Shown in pieces: positions 24,430 to 37,129 of a DNA stretch of 64,000 nt. The notes under the pieces were generated by a model. The model did no database searches. It was not told where the DNA came from and saw only the letters and a program-made list of their open reading frames with translations. The stretch comes from Okamejei kenojei (Eukaryota). The stretch's first letter is position 1, and every line of letters begins with the position of its first letter. The stretch is taken from NCBI GenBank assembly GCA_035221665.1, contig CM069162.1:19716001-19780000 (forward strand), read 5' to 3'. A program made the position numbers and the translations under genes.

Positions 24430-25150
24430 ATCACCCTCTGCTTCCTGCTATCCCAATTCTATATCCAGTTGGCTAGATTTCACTGGATCCCATGCAATAT
24501 TTCCAGAGTACAGTACCATGTAAAACTTTATCGTAGTCCTTGCTGAAGTCTATATAGGCTATGTATATGACCCTGCCCTCATCATATTAATGAAACTCTC
24601 CCACATACAAAACCCTGTTAATTATCCCTAATGAACGCCTGTCCTTTCCAAATGCATGTATCTTATGTCCCTCAGAATCCTTTCCAGTAGCTTTCCTACC
24701 ACTGATGTTATGCTTGCTGGTCTATAGTTCCCAGGTTTTTTATTTCCAGCCCTTAAATTGAGGCAAAATCTTAGCCAATCTTTTGGCACCACAACCATGT
24801 CTGATGCTGATTCATATAGTTCAGCCAGAGCTCCTGTTGTTTCCTCTCGAGCTTCCGATTGACCCTTTGGATATATTTGATCTGATCCGGGAGATTTATA
24901 TATGTTCATATGCCCTAGTTATCCCTTTTTCCTTGATATACATGGTCTCCTTGGATTGTCCTTAATATTTTTATGCCACAGCTATTTGATGCTCCCTTCT
25001 TAGTCTCCTGGTCTCTTCCTTAACTCATTTCATTATACTCCCCCACGGATACACTGGATCCCCATTGCCTACACTTAACCTATGCCACTTCCTTTTGCCT
25101 GACTAGAACCTCACTTTTTTGCATCCTCCAGGGTACCTTACTGTTGCCCT
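24430..25150 (-). mobile_element. CR1 RT fragment
   Basis: ORF 24628-24909: KSPGSDQIYP..PGNYRPASITSVVGKLLERILRD. Confidence 0.8.
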
Positions 25151-25670
25151 CTCCCTCGATATATTGCTTGAGCACACTTGAATAATTCCACCCATCAAAG
25201 CCCTTGGCACTCTGGCTTGAGAAATGAATTTATATTTGTCTATGGATTTTGCCTGATTTTATTTGAGGCTTCCAGCATTTGCTGTTGCTTACCTTTAACA
25301 TAGGTGCTCAACTTTAACCTTATTCAGAAACACAGATGTGGAATTGATAAGTGGGGATAATATTTTATATTTATGGCATAGCTATTTATAGCACAGCTTT
25401 TAAATAGACGAACAAAGTCTGCAAGTGTAGACTTATTACAAATGAATGCCTACGTGGGCAAGGTACAGAAGATTCAAGTACTGGGATTCCAGATATAGGA
25501 GGGGAAAAAGATTGTAATGAACCTTTTGCATAAATTCTTTTGAAATATGGCATATTGATATACATAATATTTGCCTGAATTTGATCATGGTTCCTTCACT
25601 TGTTTAATTTTTTCATTGGGTTTTGGTGATTTACTTACTCTGCCATTATACATAGTTCATAACAGACATG

Positions 25671-25760
25671 TAGACACAATGCTGGAGTAACTCAGCAGGA
25701 CAGGCAGTATCTCTGGAGGGAAGGAATGGGTGATGTTTCGGGTCGAGACCCTTCTTCAGT
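25671..25760 (-). mobile_element. Penelope-tail short insertion with hammerhead-like core
   Basis: The - strand reads ACTGAAGAAGGGTCTCGACCCGAAACATCACCCATTCC. Confidence 0.8.
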
Positions 25761-25919
25761 TAATAGCACAGACCCGGAGTTCAAATTCTAGCTGAGTTTG
25801 ATATCAACTTTATATAACCATGCATGATATTTGATGACATTACCATTGTGGCACCCCAAAATCTTTCCGCCATTTAAGAGTCACATTAGAAGTGTGCTTG
25901 AATCGTTTCCACTTTCTGA

Positions 25920-26620
25920 ATGAATGCAGCTCCAACACTTGGTTGACAGCATTCTTCCCCGTCCATTCCAGACCCCTGCTTCCCACCCATTTCGGATAGC
26001 CTGCCATTTTAATTCCGATTCCCAGACTGGCCTGTTTGTCACCGCCTTCTCCCCTGCAATTGATGCCAAATGCAAAGTAGAGGAAGAGCACCTCGTATTC
26101 CATCTGGTTAGTCTCCATCCCAGTGACATGAACATTAAAATTTCCAATTTTAAATAAACCACACCCCTTATGTCCCTTTCTCTCCTCCTAACAAGGTTTG
26201 CCTCCTGCAAACCTTTCTTCCCACCTTAACCCTTCAGATCCCTCTTACTGCATTTCTTTTCACTCCTCCTACTGGATGCCCTAACTCACTACAGCATACC
26301 TCTCCCCTCTTTCTGTTGTTCCCCTCATGCCGGTCCATTCTTCACCTTCCTTTCTTATCAGATTTCAGCAGCTGTAGCCTTTGTTATGTTCACCTTTCCC
26401 TCCCCCACCAGACTTTATTTGCCAATCAATCCCTCCTCACATGTATTCACCTATCATTTATCAGCTCTTGCTCCACTCCGCTCTCCAACTCTTTTAACTG
26501 GCTACTTCCCCAACTCTTTCAGTCCAACTGGAATCTTGACCCCAAATGTCAACTGTCCATTTCCCTTCACAGATGCTACCTCACCTGTTGAGTTCCTCCA
26601 GTAGCTCTCTTTTGCTAGAA
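25920..26620 (+). mobile_element. Penelope-like element: GIY-YIG C-terminus, pyrimidine-rich spacer and tail
   Basis: ORF 25924-26157 ..IACHFNS..CKVEEEHLVFHLVSLHPSDMNIKISNFK*, similar to the end of the element at 50440-50530. Confidence 0.75.
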
Positions 26621-28061
26621 TTCAACCTAATGTAACCTTGTTTGTTGGTACCCCATCCACCATTCAATATGTTCACTCTCTCTACTTCCAATTGCAGAAT
26701 GCATCATTTACATATCGCATGCTCTTATTTAGCAGTCGCTCAAGTTTTGATCTTAACTGCAATGCACCATAAGATGGCATGCTCATGATTTTACCACCAT
26801 TTCCAAGAACTCTTCCAAGTATCAGACTTTGGAAATCGCTGTAATATGAAAACAGCAATATAAGTCCTAGGTTTCTTGCTCAACTGAACTTCTGATGTAC
26901 CTTTATCAGGAAAAGAACAATATCATGGCAGCTCCTTATACTACCTTTGAGAGCAGGTGGAGAAGGGCTATAAACGCAGGCTTTGTCAGTGATATGGACA
27001 TCCTGCAATTAAAAAAAACTGTTATATCCCACCTACAGTGGTGGGAAGGAGAGGAAAGTAAGTATTTGAACATATTGATAGCTGGAATATTATGCAGGGA
27101 AGTTCAAGATATCACTGCCCAAATGAGTGAAATTGGCTCAATGATTGCTGCTGTTAGGACATCACCAGTGTTGGATGCGTAGACCAACTTCCAGATTAAA
27201 TTTCAGATGATAATGTTTTCATAGTACTGGTTCTGTAGCTATCCTAGTGTACTGACATTTTTCAACAGGTACATTCGGTTTTCAAAAATTGGCTAAGCCC
27301 AAAAGCTGCTCCACAGGAACTTAATAAACATTCATAGCACAGAACAGTTGAAAAATATATGGAAGGTCAGTATTGTCTTTTTCAAATGGAATGTTGCCTA
27401 AAGAATGGAAATAAGCATGCCTATCATTATATTTTATTTTGAGTATAATTTCAATTAAGAAAACATTTTGCATATTTATTGAGCAAATCTGTTTCAGCTG
27501 TCATTCTAATCTGGGTGTGAGAATGATCAAAATTTGTGTCACAAGATGAGGTGTTGCCATTATCTCCCAGTACATGCCGTCTTGCTGGATTTTACTGCAA
27601 TGTCCGACTAGGCATTTATTAAAAGTAGGAAGAGACTATTGTCAGGCATTACAACTGCGAAACAAGAAAAACTCAGCTGTCCCATCGTTTGTTTACCTTT
27701 GCTCAAATGTAGTAACTGTTACGTTTTCAAATGTGATGCCTTTTTTCCGATTTACTGCCTCACATTGGATAATGTAATATGACGAGTAAGAACTGTAAAT
27801 ATGTTAGCATCCAGTCTTCATGTTTCTCTTTAATATTAATCAAGTGCAGGTGTAGTGAGCTCGGAAGCTTTTGCTGTGATAATGATCACTGGCTTTTCTG
27901 GCTGTTCCTAAACCTGTTAATTCCTCACATTACTATCTGGCTCATCTGAAAATACAAAATGGATTTAACAGTTATTGTCCCCCTTGTATTCTTAAGACAT
28001 TAATGTCAGCACACCTGAAACTAAATCTGCGTACTTTACCTTCCCTGTGAACTTCTTTTGC

Positions 28062-28725
28062 AATGGCTCAGTTGATACCACACTTTGTCAAGTCATAAGG
28101 TTCAGATTTCAATTTCTACTCCAGAGACTTAGGCACAAAGCCTCTGGCACTGCAGTGCTGTACTAAATGTCAAACAATCACATCTGCTGTCTTTCAGTTG
28201 AGATGTTGAGCTGGGTGGCTGTCAGCTTACTCGGGTGCAAGCAAAAGGCAAGGCATTATTTTGAAAAAGATGGTTCTTAACTAATGTTCTAACCTGGTCC
28301 ACATTATGTCTTAAACCAATCTTTCTAAACAGATTATCTAGTTATTATCACATTACTATTTGTAGGATGCAAGTTGTTAACTCCAATAGAACATTGATTA
28401 GTACAGCATAGGAACCAGCTATTCTGCCCACAATGTCTATGCCGAACATGATGCCACGTTAAACTAATCTCATCTGCCTGTTTGTGATCCATTTCCCCCC
28501 CGTTCCTTGCATATACGTGCACCTATTTAAAGCCTTTTAAATGCCACTATATTGTGTCTGCCTCCACCACCACCCCTGATAACCTGTACCAGGCATCCAC
28601 CACCCTCTATAAAACTCACCTACGTTTGCACATGTTACAGGAGTGATTGCACTTCAAAGTACTATATTGGCAGTAAGATGATGGAGGGCGTTCTGAAAGA
28701 AACATGAGAGGTATATAAATACAAA
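28062..28725 (+). mobile_element. Deu-domain SINE (SacSINE1-like), interrupted by a CR1 3' end (~28390-28610, -)
   Basis: tRNA-like head (tggctcagttg), Deu-like core (ctgtctttcagttgagatgttg..aaacagattatctagttattatcacattac) and an L2-like tail (cacttcaaagtact..tatataaatacaaag). Confidence 0.65.
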
Positions 28726-28799
28726 GACGGGTCTAGACCCGAAACGTCACCCATTCCTTCTCTCCAGAGATGCTGCCGGTCCCGCTGAGTTACTCCAGC

Positions 28800-29158
28800 T
28801 TAAGGGTTGGACAGGCTAGATGCAGGAAGATTGTTCCTGATGTTGGGGAAGTCCAGGACAAGGGGTCACAGCTTAAGGATAAGGGGAAATCCTTTAAGAC
28901 CGAGATGAGAAAGACTTTTTTCACACAGAGAGTGGTGAGTCTCTGGAACTCTCTGCCACAGAGGGTAGTTGAGGCCAGTTCATTGGCTATATTTAAGAGT
29001 GAGTTGGATGTGGCCCTTGTGGCTAAGGGGATCAGAGGGTATGGAGAGAAGGCAGGTACGGGATACTGAGTTGGATGATCAGCCATGATCATATTGAATG
29101 GCGGTGCAGGCTCGAAGGGCTGAATGGCCTACTCCTGCACCTAATTTCTATGTTTCTA
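28800..29158 (+). mobile_element. CR1 LINE 3' end inserted into a Penelope tail (28726-28799, resuming ~29159)
   Basis: The Penelope tail breaks at ..gttactccagc and resumes as tttttgtgtttatc after the CR1 ttctatgtttcta tail. Confidence 0.85.
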
Positions 29159-29406
29159 TTTTTGTGTTTATCATTGATTTCACCTTTGTTCAACAAGAGA
29201 TTGCAATTGAGACCTGTTCAAAATCCAAGTTGTCAGTGGATTTATGATATATAATATACTCTACGACGCATTATTATTAGGTAGATGTGCCAGTTTGTTC
29301 ATTGTTCTATCATAACTAGTTAACATAAACAACAATGTGTAGGAATAAACATCTTTTGCTGCTCACAAAAGCAAAACACAGTCTCGACATGTTTATTGAA
29401 ACTTGT

Positions 29407-29560
29407 GGGTGGCCTGGTGGCGCAGCTTGTAGAGCTGATATCTCACAGATCAATCTCCACGTTACTGTGTTTCTTCCAGGTGGAGATATGTTTCCCCTAT
29501 AACCCAAAGAGATGTAGGTTAATTGGCCGATTTAAATTGCCCCCTAGTATGTAGTTACTG
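29407..29560 (+). mobile_element. tRNA-derived V-SINE (HE1-like), decayed
   Basis: A-box-like head ggtggcgcagcttgtagagctg plus V-domain-like sequence (aggttaattggccgatttaaattgcccc). Confidence 0.55.
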
Positions 29561-31543
29561 TTGAGTCAACCATTGTGTGTGATGAGGTTGTGAGTTATCT
29601 TTAGTCAACCTACCCGATTTGTCTCATAGTGCTGTCAAACTATTATTAGTCACAACTATCAAATAATGAATTGAGTAATAGATTTGGAATTATATTTACA
29701 AATTCCCAACAAAGTGAAGAAAATTCATTTAAACCCAAATTCAATATTTAAGAATGTGCTTCAAGAAATTTAATGGTGCTAATATTGCCTCTGATCTTGT
29801 ACCATGAAGTACTCACTAATAAAGTGTAATTTGGCTCGATAAGCTAGTTCAAGGTGGAAAGCATTACACTTCATTGCTTTCTTTGGACTAGAATTCAAAT
29901 ATTAAAATTCTGCTAATAATGGTGTCAAGCTATAATCACGACCAATTCACTGAACTCTCTAAAAGCTCAACATACTGTTTCCAGTGCTGCTTATCAGAGC
30001 AGGTCAAAATCTATACTTGTTGGAAGAGGAAAAGAGTTAACTTTTCAACTTAAATTCTTCAACTTTCTCACTTGTTTTCTCATTTATAGCAGAGCGTCAA
30101 TGTTAACCCTTTGTCTCTCCACAGATGCTGCTTGACCTGAATGTTACTAGCATTTTCTGTTCAGATTTTCAGCACCTGTCATTTTTGAAATTCAAAATTT
30201 CCATATTTCTTTTGCTTTTGATTCTAAATCTATATTCTGAAAAAATGTACTATATTTAATATGGTTGCTCGTGTCAGATGTTTAGAAAATCTTTAAAGGA
30301 TTTTAAACCAGTGTTTCAATCCAACTTAAACTAGATTCACTGAACACCAATTCAAATGCCAAATGGAATGTGGTGCCATTGAAAGCATTTTGCCATGTGG
30401 GTTTCTCCACCCAATAACCTTATGAATTTGCATAATCCACACTATTCACTTCATAGCCTGACTAGCAAAGATATCAGTCTACTGAAGGTGTCAACATACC
30501 TTTGCAGTAAAAAAGCATTTCAATTGAAGTGCCGGTGAATGTTGTGAAGCACACCTTCACGTTAAGGTGTGCAGTGCATTTTAGAGATGATTACAGAACA
30601 GTGGAGCAAAGTTGTTGGAACAAAGCAGGAAACCATTTCATATACTTCTGGTAAATAGAAATACTAAGGGAAGCCAGCGAGCATTGACAAACGACAAGCT
30701 GCTATTTGCTTTTTTGTTCAGTTATTGTAACCAACTTACTGATTGGCTCCAAGTGTGGAGTTGTGTAATTACACAAGGTCATGTAGCATTTCTCCTTTTT
30801 TTTAAAAAAAGGACAATCTCCAAGCTGATTTCAATGTAAACTCATTCATGAGCTGGTATTGTACATTCTGGATCGAGAAGAAGGGATGACTGATGAAGGA
30901 GATGTATTTAATGCAAAACAGCTCCAGCTATTTTCAGTATCCTATCCTTTAGTATCTTATCCTTCTGTTGGAACATGTTTTTCTACAAAGAGATGTCTGA
31001 TTTATTTTGTCTCAACAAATGCTTATCTTAGAAATGTTTAAATCACTCCACAGTTAATATCTTGATCTATTACAAAATATTGTTACTGCCTAAAGGCACG
31101 CTCCTTGTGATTCATTTGTTTCAGTAAAACTGTGATATTGTTTTTTATCTCAATGTTCTGATACTTTCCTGGACATCTAGTTCATTTAATCTCCTCGTAA
31201 GGAATATCTTAAATGTGGATTGTTAGAAGAAATAAACATCATCTTCAGAATAATAAAAGTGTAATTCAAGCTGATGATTTTCAACCTATTATGGGAAATC
31301 AGTGCAAATCATAGAATAACATTTTTGAAAAGTGCAGTAATATTTCATAATTCCTATGGGAAAATGTTGATTATTCCAAAGCTATGAACTGATTATGCAA
31401 CCAATTTGGAACAGCTACATTGTCTGCTGAATGTTCTTTTCAAAGTATTCTGTATGGTTAGAAATAAATCTGCCTAAATTGTACTGGAGGAGAGACATTT
31501 TAAGTTCTCTTAAATGTGGAAAATCATTGGCTGTTACAATGAA

Positions 31544-31678
31544 TGCATGTACATCATGACCTTCCTTCTGATCGATAAGTTCTATTGGCTTTCTCTCTTT
31601 TCTGCTACTTTGATTGCTTCATTGTTGAAGGGAGGATTCAGACCTATCCAGGTAATATCAACTAATTAGTAACTTACC
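31544..31678 (+). promoter_or_regulatory. Splicing-regulatory motifs around the microexon
   Basis: TGCATG (RBFOX) at 31544-31549. TCTCTC tract at 31591-31600. TGC at 31603 and 31615 (SRRM4-type). ACTAAT at 31661 plus TAAC at 31670 (QKI-type). Confidence 0.6.
31631..31651 (+). CDS. EIF4G3: EIF4G3 21-nt neural microexon (GGFRPIQ)
   Basis: ttgaAG|GGAGGATTCAGACCTATCCAG|GTAATA. The peptide equals the known eIF4G3 microexon (GGFRSLQ in eIF4G1). Upstream UC-rich tract and TGC motifs. Confidence 0.95.
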
Positions 31679-32373
31679 CTCTTAATCGGCTTTGCTAAAT
31701 GCTGAAAATTGGAAAAAAAGGGGTTTAAGGCAGCATTATTAGAATTGTTTCACGTTTTATAAATATTTCAACCACCCAGCTTACAGATCAGTTTGAATTC
31801 AAAGTTTTCTTACGTATTTAAAATTGAAGTCTTTGACTTCACAGATCTACAAGCGTTGGAAAATTGAAAGTTGCTTTTTTATTAACTTGATGTGCTTAAA
31901 CATGTCCAGAGAAATTCATGAAAATAAAGTGAAAAGTCAAATGATTAAACTACTTAGAATTATTGAGCAATTAATTAAATGGCAATGATTGTCCCCTAGT
32001 TTGTTTATCTAGAGATCCTTCTAGAGGTCATGATGCACATAGGCTAATGTCCCTCTGATGTAACTGAGAAGATGTGTGCTTCTATAGGACATGGCAGTTG
32101 AAAGACTGGAGTTCACTAGTGGTGAGCTTCTGCTACCAGATTACTGCTGGCCTTGAGACGGAGACCTATTACTGGGGAAAGTGGCCAGCCCAAGTGCAGT
32201 GCCCCCGGCATATATTCTTGAGTTGAGTTCTTATTTTCAAAAAATTGGAGCATAGCCTTTGAATTCATCGTTTTCTGTAATTTTTAAAGACGATTTAAAA
32301 GGATGATGTGTATGAAATGCTTTTTATGAATTATTTGTAAGTGTATTAATTTTTTACATTTTTATTCTTGCAG

Positions 32374-32559
32374 TTTTTTCAAAGACCGCCAATGCAACCT
32401 ACAAGACCTAACATACAGAATAATAATCCTTCCATGCGTCCAGGGACACAGACTGCAACAGCTGCAGTCTATCCGCCCAGCCAAGGGCCTATAATAATGA
32501 TGAATCCACCTGTGCCATATCCCCAAGCCCCTCAGGCTCCATATTACATTGCAAACCCG
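32374..32559 (+). CDS. EIF4G3: EIF4G3 exon (FFQRPPMQPTRPNIQ...YYIANP), P/Q-rich low-complexity region
   Basis: ttgcAG acceptor, GTAAGA donor, 186 nt, phase 0-0. Homologous to human FFQRPQIQPPRATIPNSSPSIRPGAQTPTAVY. Confidence 0.95.
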
Positions 32560-33067
32560 GTAAGAGAAGTAACTACGACTTTAAATATTAATCATTTGAA
32601 CTATTAGAATTCTTTTTCTTTATAAATAAACCTACATACATTTATAGTGTGAGGGCGACAAGTACTTGTAATCAGTTGTGTCTCTGCACACCTGAGGTTA
32701 TTGTATTTTACAATCTGCTCAGAATTCAGTTATTTTACCTTTTTTTTAAACATTTCAAAACTTTGGATAATTCAAATTTGAATTTAGATGAGACTTTATC
32801 GATGAGCAACATTCATAAATGGAAGTGTATAAATATTGATTTTATGTAATTCCATATATTTCATTTATTGTATCATGTAAATGTAGTTCAAAATGTAATA
32901 TGTGAGGATGTTGAGTGAAAGACTTGCCATTTCTGCTAGAAATTTCCTATTTATGGAATTAGAACAGATTGATACTCAAGCAATCTGCCTTGGATGAGAC
33001 ATTATCATTGGCCTAACTACACCACTATAGTATTTAAATTAATGTACAAATTAGGATGTTTAAAGAT

Positions 33068-33166
33068 AGGAGTCTGAAGAAGAGTTTCGCCCCGAAAAAT
33101 TGCCTATTCCCTTCGCTCCATAGATGCTGCCGCACCCGCTGAGATTCTCCAGCACTTTTGTCTACC
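33068..33166 (+). mobile_element. Penelope-tail short insertion, ~100 bp
   Basis: CTGAAGA..CGAAA core. 17-bp TSD TTAGGATGTTTAAAGAT / TTAGGATGATTAAAGAT (33051-33067 / 33167-33183). Confidence 0.85.
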
Positions 33167-34623
33167 TTAGGATGATTAAAGATGTGATAAGCAGAGGTGA
33201 TAGTGATTTCATCACTATCTAATCAAGTGGTTGAATGTGGGCAAAATTGTGAAGCTTTTCCTCCCAAATGGTATGACTGATTCATAAAGATGCCAGAGGG
33301 GTTAATAATGATTAGTACAGGCCTTGTGTGAACACAGCAAGCTCTTAATCCAAGCTATTGATTGCAACTTTAAATGCTCTTCATTGGTCACAGTGGAACG
33401 GATACCAACCAAACAAAATAATAGTATAATCTGTCCTATTGAGCCTATTACTGTGCTCTTCAGTTCTCTCCTTCAGCATAGTGCAGATGACATAATCATG
33501 CTATGCATGGATTTATTTTGTTTCCTGTCCCATGCCACAGCCAGTCCTTCAAGTCATATTGCATCCTATGCATATTTTCATTTCTTCAGATTTTTTAAAA
33601 TCAGTATTGCTCCACTGATTTAACTTTACAATCACTTGATGTTGGTTATCAACAGTCAACAGACTGCAGTTGATTAAAGTAAACTAAGACCATGTTACCT
33701 ATTGTTATACACACATCCACGTACTTTTAAGGTCAGCCATATGCGTGTTGGCAAACATCACTTGTTCCCCTGGAGTCCTTACCTGTCGTGTCTAGTGAAC
33801 CCTGTTTGCCACGAGATGAATTGCAATTAGTGACGTGCCAGCAAATAATAAAATATCTATAGTCTGTGTGCATCTGGAGCCAAGTTGAGGAACCTGGGCT
33901 GGGTGCTTTTCTTTATGATTATTCTCTGTAAATATGTAAAATTATATCTATTAAGTTATATCTTTGTGACTTCCGAATCCTGTTATCACCAGTGTCAAAG
34001 CAGGTTAAAGTAACAATTACATGTATATAGGGCTAGTTTTGTGTACAATGCTGGGATGTAGGGTGTGCAACTGAGGTTAGGATCATCAGGAGGTCTGAAG
34101 GGATCTGCATGGTTTATCTGCTGAAAGTCTGTGTCTCTGTACCGCATGTTTCCCAAAGAATTATTGTAACATGAAATATTGAGCCAAGTTTGAACCACTC
34201 ACTATTGATATATTCCATTTTTGCACATGTATATGAGTAAACTATTTAAAACCTCAGCTTAATTATGTAGGATGCTTTTAAATGTATTGAACAACTTGAT
34301 TTTATGCAAGTATTCTGCAATAAGCCAATGTGTCCAGATGATTTATGACTGGTTCTTGTTTTAATGAACCAGTCTTTACTGCTGAGCCTGTATGATAAAA
34401 AAGGACATATTATAATATTTTCTGTTTTGTTGAATTCATTTCAGTTTTGTCAAATACATTGAATCTGCTGTTTAGGCATTTTATTTTCATGGTCTTCACC
34501 CTTCCACGAAATGTTGCTCAACTTTGTAAGCAATAAGATGGAATTTTTGAAAAATGGCAACTGGTTTCAAGTTACTAGTGATGCAACTAATTTTCATTCT
34601 TTAAAGTCAATTCTAAATCAATC

Positions 34624-35285
34624 TGAACATACCTTCACCACCCTCTCTCAACCAGCATCGTCACCAGTCTCGCTTGAATATAAAAACATTGAACTCTCTC
34701 CTAAGTATATTCAGTCTCAGATTCCCATAGACATTCTCTTGTTCTTCGCCATTCTTTCCCTACTCTGCCACATAAAACGTAATTGATTTTTAAGCTTTGA
34801 GTTCTAATGAGAGCTCATTGACACAAAGCATTAGCTTTACTCTATATTCAAACCAGAAACATCATCCATTCCTTCTCTCCAGAGATGCTGCCTGTCCCGC
34901 TGAGTTACTCCAGCATTTTGTGTCTACCTTCGAAATATGTCGTCTTTGGTATCCCAACTGTGGTTGAGAAAGCTTGGGTTTGGTGTGATTAAAGGATATA
35001 CAGGAAGATGGACATAGACAAAACCAGAAAATACTCAACCAGTCAGGCAGTTTATTTTTGAATATAAAGTAAAGCTAATGCTTTGTGTCAATGAGCTCTC
35101 ATTAGAACTCAAAGCTTAAAAATCAATTACATTTTATGTGGCAGAGTAGGGAAAGAATGGCGAAGAACAAGAGAATGTCTATGGGAATCTGAGACTGAAT
35201 ATACTTAGGAGAGAGTTCAATGTTTTTATATTCAAGCGAGACTGGTGACGATGCTGGTTGAGAGAGGGTGGTGAAGGTATGTTCA
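34624..35285. repeat. 229-bp inverted duplication with a 204-bp spacer
   Basis: 34624-34852 is the reverse complement of 35057-35285, with about 2 mismatches seen. The spacer starts with a Penelope tail (34853-34930). Confidence 0.95.
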
Positions 35286-36409
35286 TTGCAGATGCTTTGT
35301 TAAGAGGAGATGAATAAGAAATGAGAGAGATTTAAGACTACCCAAACCAAATGATGAGCTACAATCATCTCTGTTAGTGAACTATCACAATTTCAGATTT
35401 GCAGCAACTGCATTGCATTTACTGGGAATCTGAGATTATTTAAAATGCTGGAAATCTGTAAGCTTTATTTCTTGAGAGACTTTCTCAGCCTCGAGCCTCG
35501 TAGTTCCCCAATTGAGCACAGCCCACTTTCCTCTTCTAAATATCCCACAACCAGGACTATCCCAGTCGACCCATTGTTTCAACCTTTTCCCATTGAACTT
35601 ATTTCTTCCTAAACTTGCCATTATTTTCCCATTGCGTCTGTGACACCTCTAGCCATGTTTTCCACATTCATGTTTTCCAGTATTCTGGTTCTAGCTGGTT
35701 CATTTTCATCATGGATGTCCAATTGTTTTATAACTCCATTGCATGAAGATGACTTGGAAGTCTTATATTTCTTCCTTGAACAGAATCCCAATTAATTCAC
35801 CTCCATTCTCCTCTACCTTGCTGAATGAATACATTGAACAACTTGATCTTTCAGTTTACTACTTCTTCCAAAGGTGTTTTGGGCAACAGTGTGTCCAACA
35901 GTATATCCCTTTTGTGAGATACATTGCCTCGTAGTTATTGTTGCATTTGAGTCGAGTACATTCATCAATTTATATCTTCAGCTTCCTGGAGTCGCACTGA
36001 ACTCAAAAGTGTACTTGCCTCTTCTCACGACTTTTCGCTCCATCCAGTGGAAAGGGTAACAACCAATATCTATTACATTCACACACTCTCACAGGAATCT
36101 TGATTATACTTCCCCCCTCACTGCTTCCTGCGTGTTTTGCTGCTCTATTATTGTAGTTTCTTCAGTTCTGTTGAATCTATTCTGATTACATTTTCAACGG
36201 CAATGCGTCTGAGCTGACATTTCCCTTATTTGTGGCTTCCATCCACCATAATTGTTCTCAATTACTTCAGTTTCCTACACTTTTGCTGCTACACCCTCTC
36301 CTCCAATAGAACACCCCTTGCCTTTCATCCCTCCACGTTCAACAGATCATCTTCTTTAATTTCCTCCAAATTAATTATGATGCCACACTAGACACCATTT
36401 CATCTTCCG

Positions 36410-37110
36410 TAAGGGCATGAGAAATAGAAGCAGGATTACGTCATGTTGTCCCTCATGCCTGCACTGTCATTCATCAATGTCAAAATCAGTTTCTTCTTCA
36501 TTACCACTTTCCTGCCCTACCTGCATATCCCTTAATTTGCTTGAACTTTGTCCTGAGTATATTCAGTGACTTATGCCACCTTCACTATCCTGTCTGCATA
36601 TGTCACCACTTGCAGGAAACTATGTACTTGTATGTCTGGATGTCTCTATTCTACAACATTCCCCAGGGCTCTGTCATATACTGTCTTAAGCCCTGCACTA
36701 GTTTAACTAGCCAAAATGCATCACTTTGCACCTTTCTGAGTCAAATTCCATCTGCCATTCCTTTGCCCACTTTCCCAATTGAACTAGGCCCTGCTGTAAC
36801 CTGAGACACCTTCTTCACTGTCTGCCACATCACCAATTTTAGTGTCATCCCCAAATATACTAATATGTTACCAACATTCGCATTCAAATTGTTAATATAT
36901 GACAAACAAAGGGGAACCCAGCACTGATCCAAATGTCACACTGCTGATCACAGGCCTCCAACGTGGAAATAACTCCCCACTTCTGCCCTGTGACTCCTTC
37001 CACCAAGCCATTTTAAAAAAAAATCCAGTTGCTTAGCTCATCCCGCATCCCATGTGATTTCACCTTCTGGACTTGTCGGCCATGTGGGACCTTGTGAAAA
37101 GCTTTGTGAA
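36410..37110 (-). mobile_element. CR1 RT and 3' fragments
   Basis: The - strand shows decayed AFHKVPH, SVLGSPLFVIYINNL, DDTKIGDV and MEFD.EKCKVMHFG. Confidence 0.75.
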
Positions 37111-37129
37111 AAGTCCATTCACACAATGC

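Noticed and set aside
29407-29450. tRNA-like A-box sequence
   Set aside because: No cloverleaf. It is the head of a decayed V-SINE.
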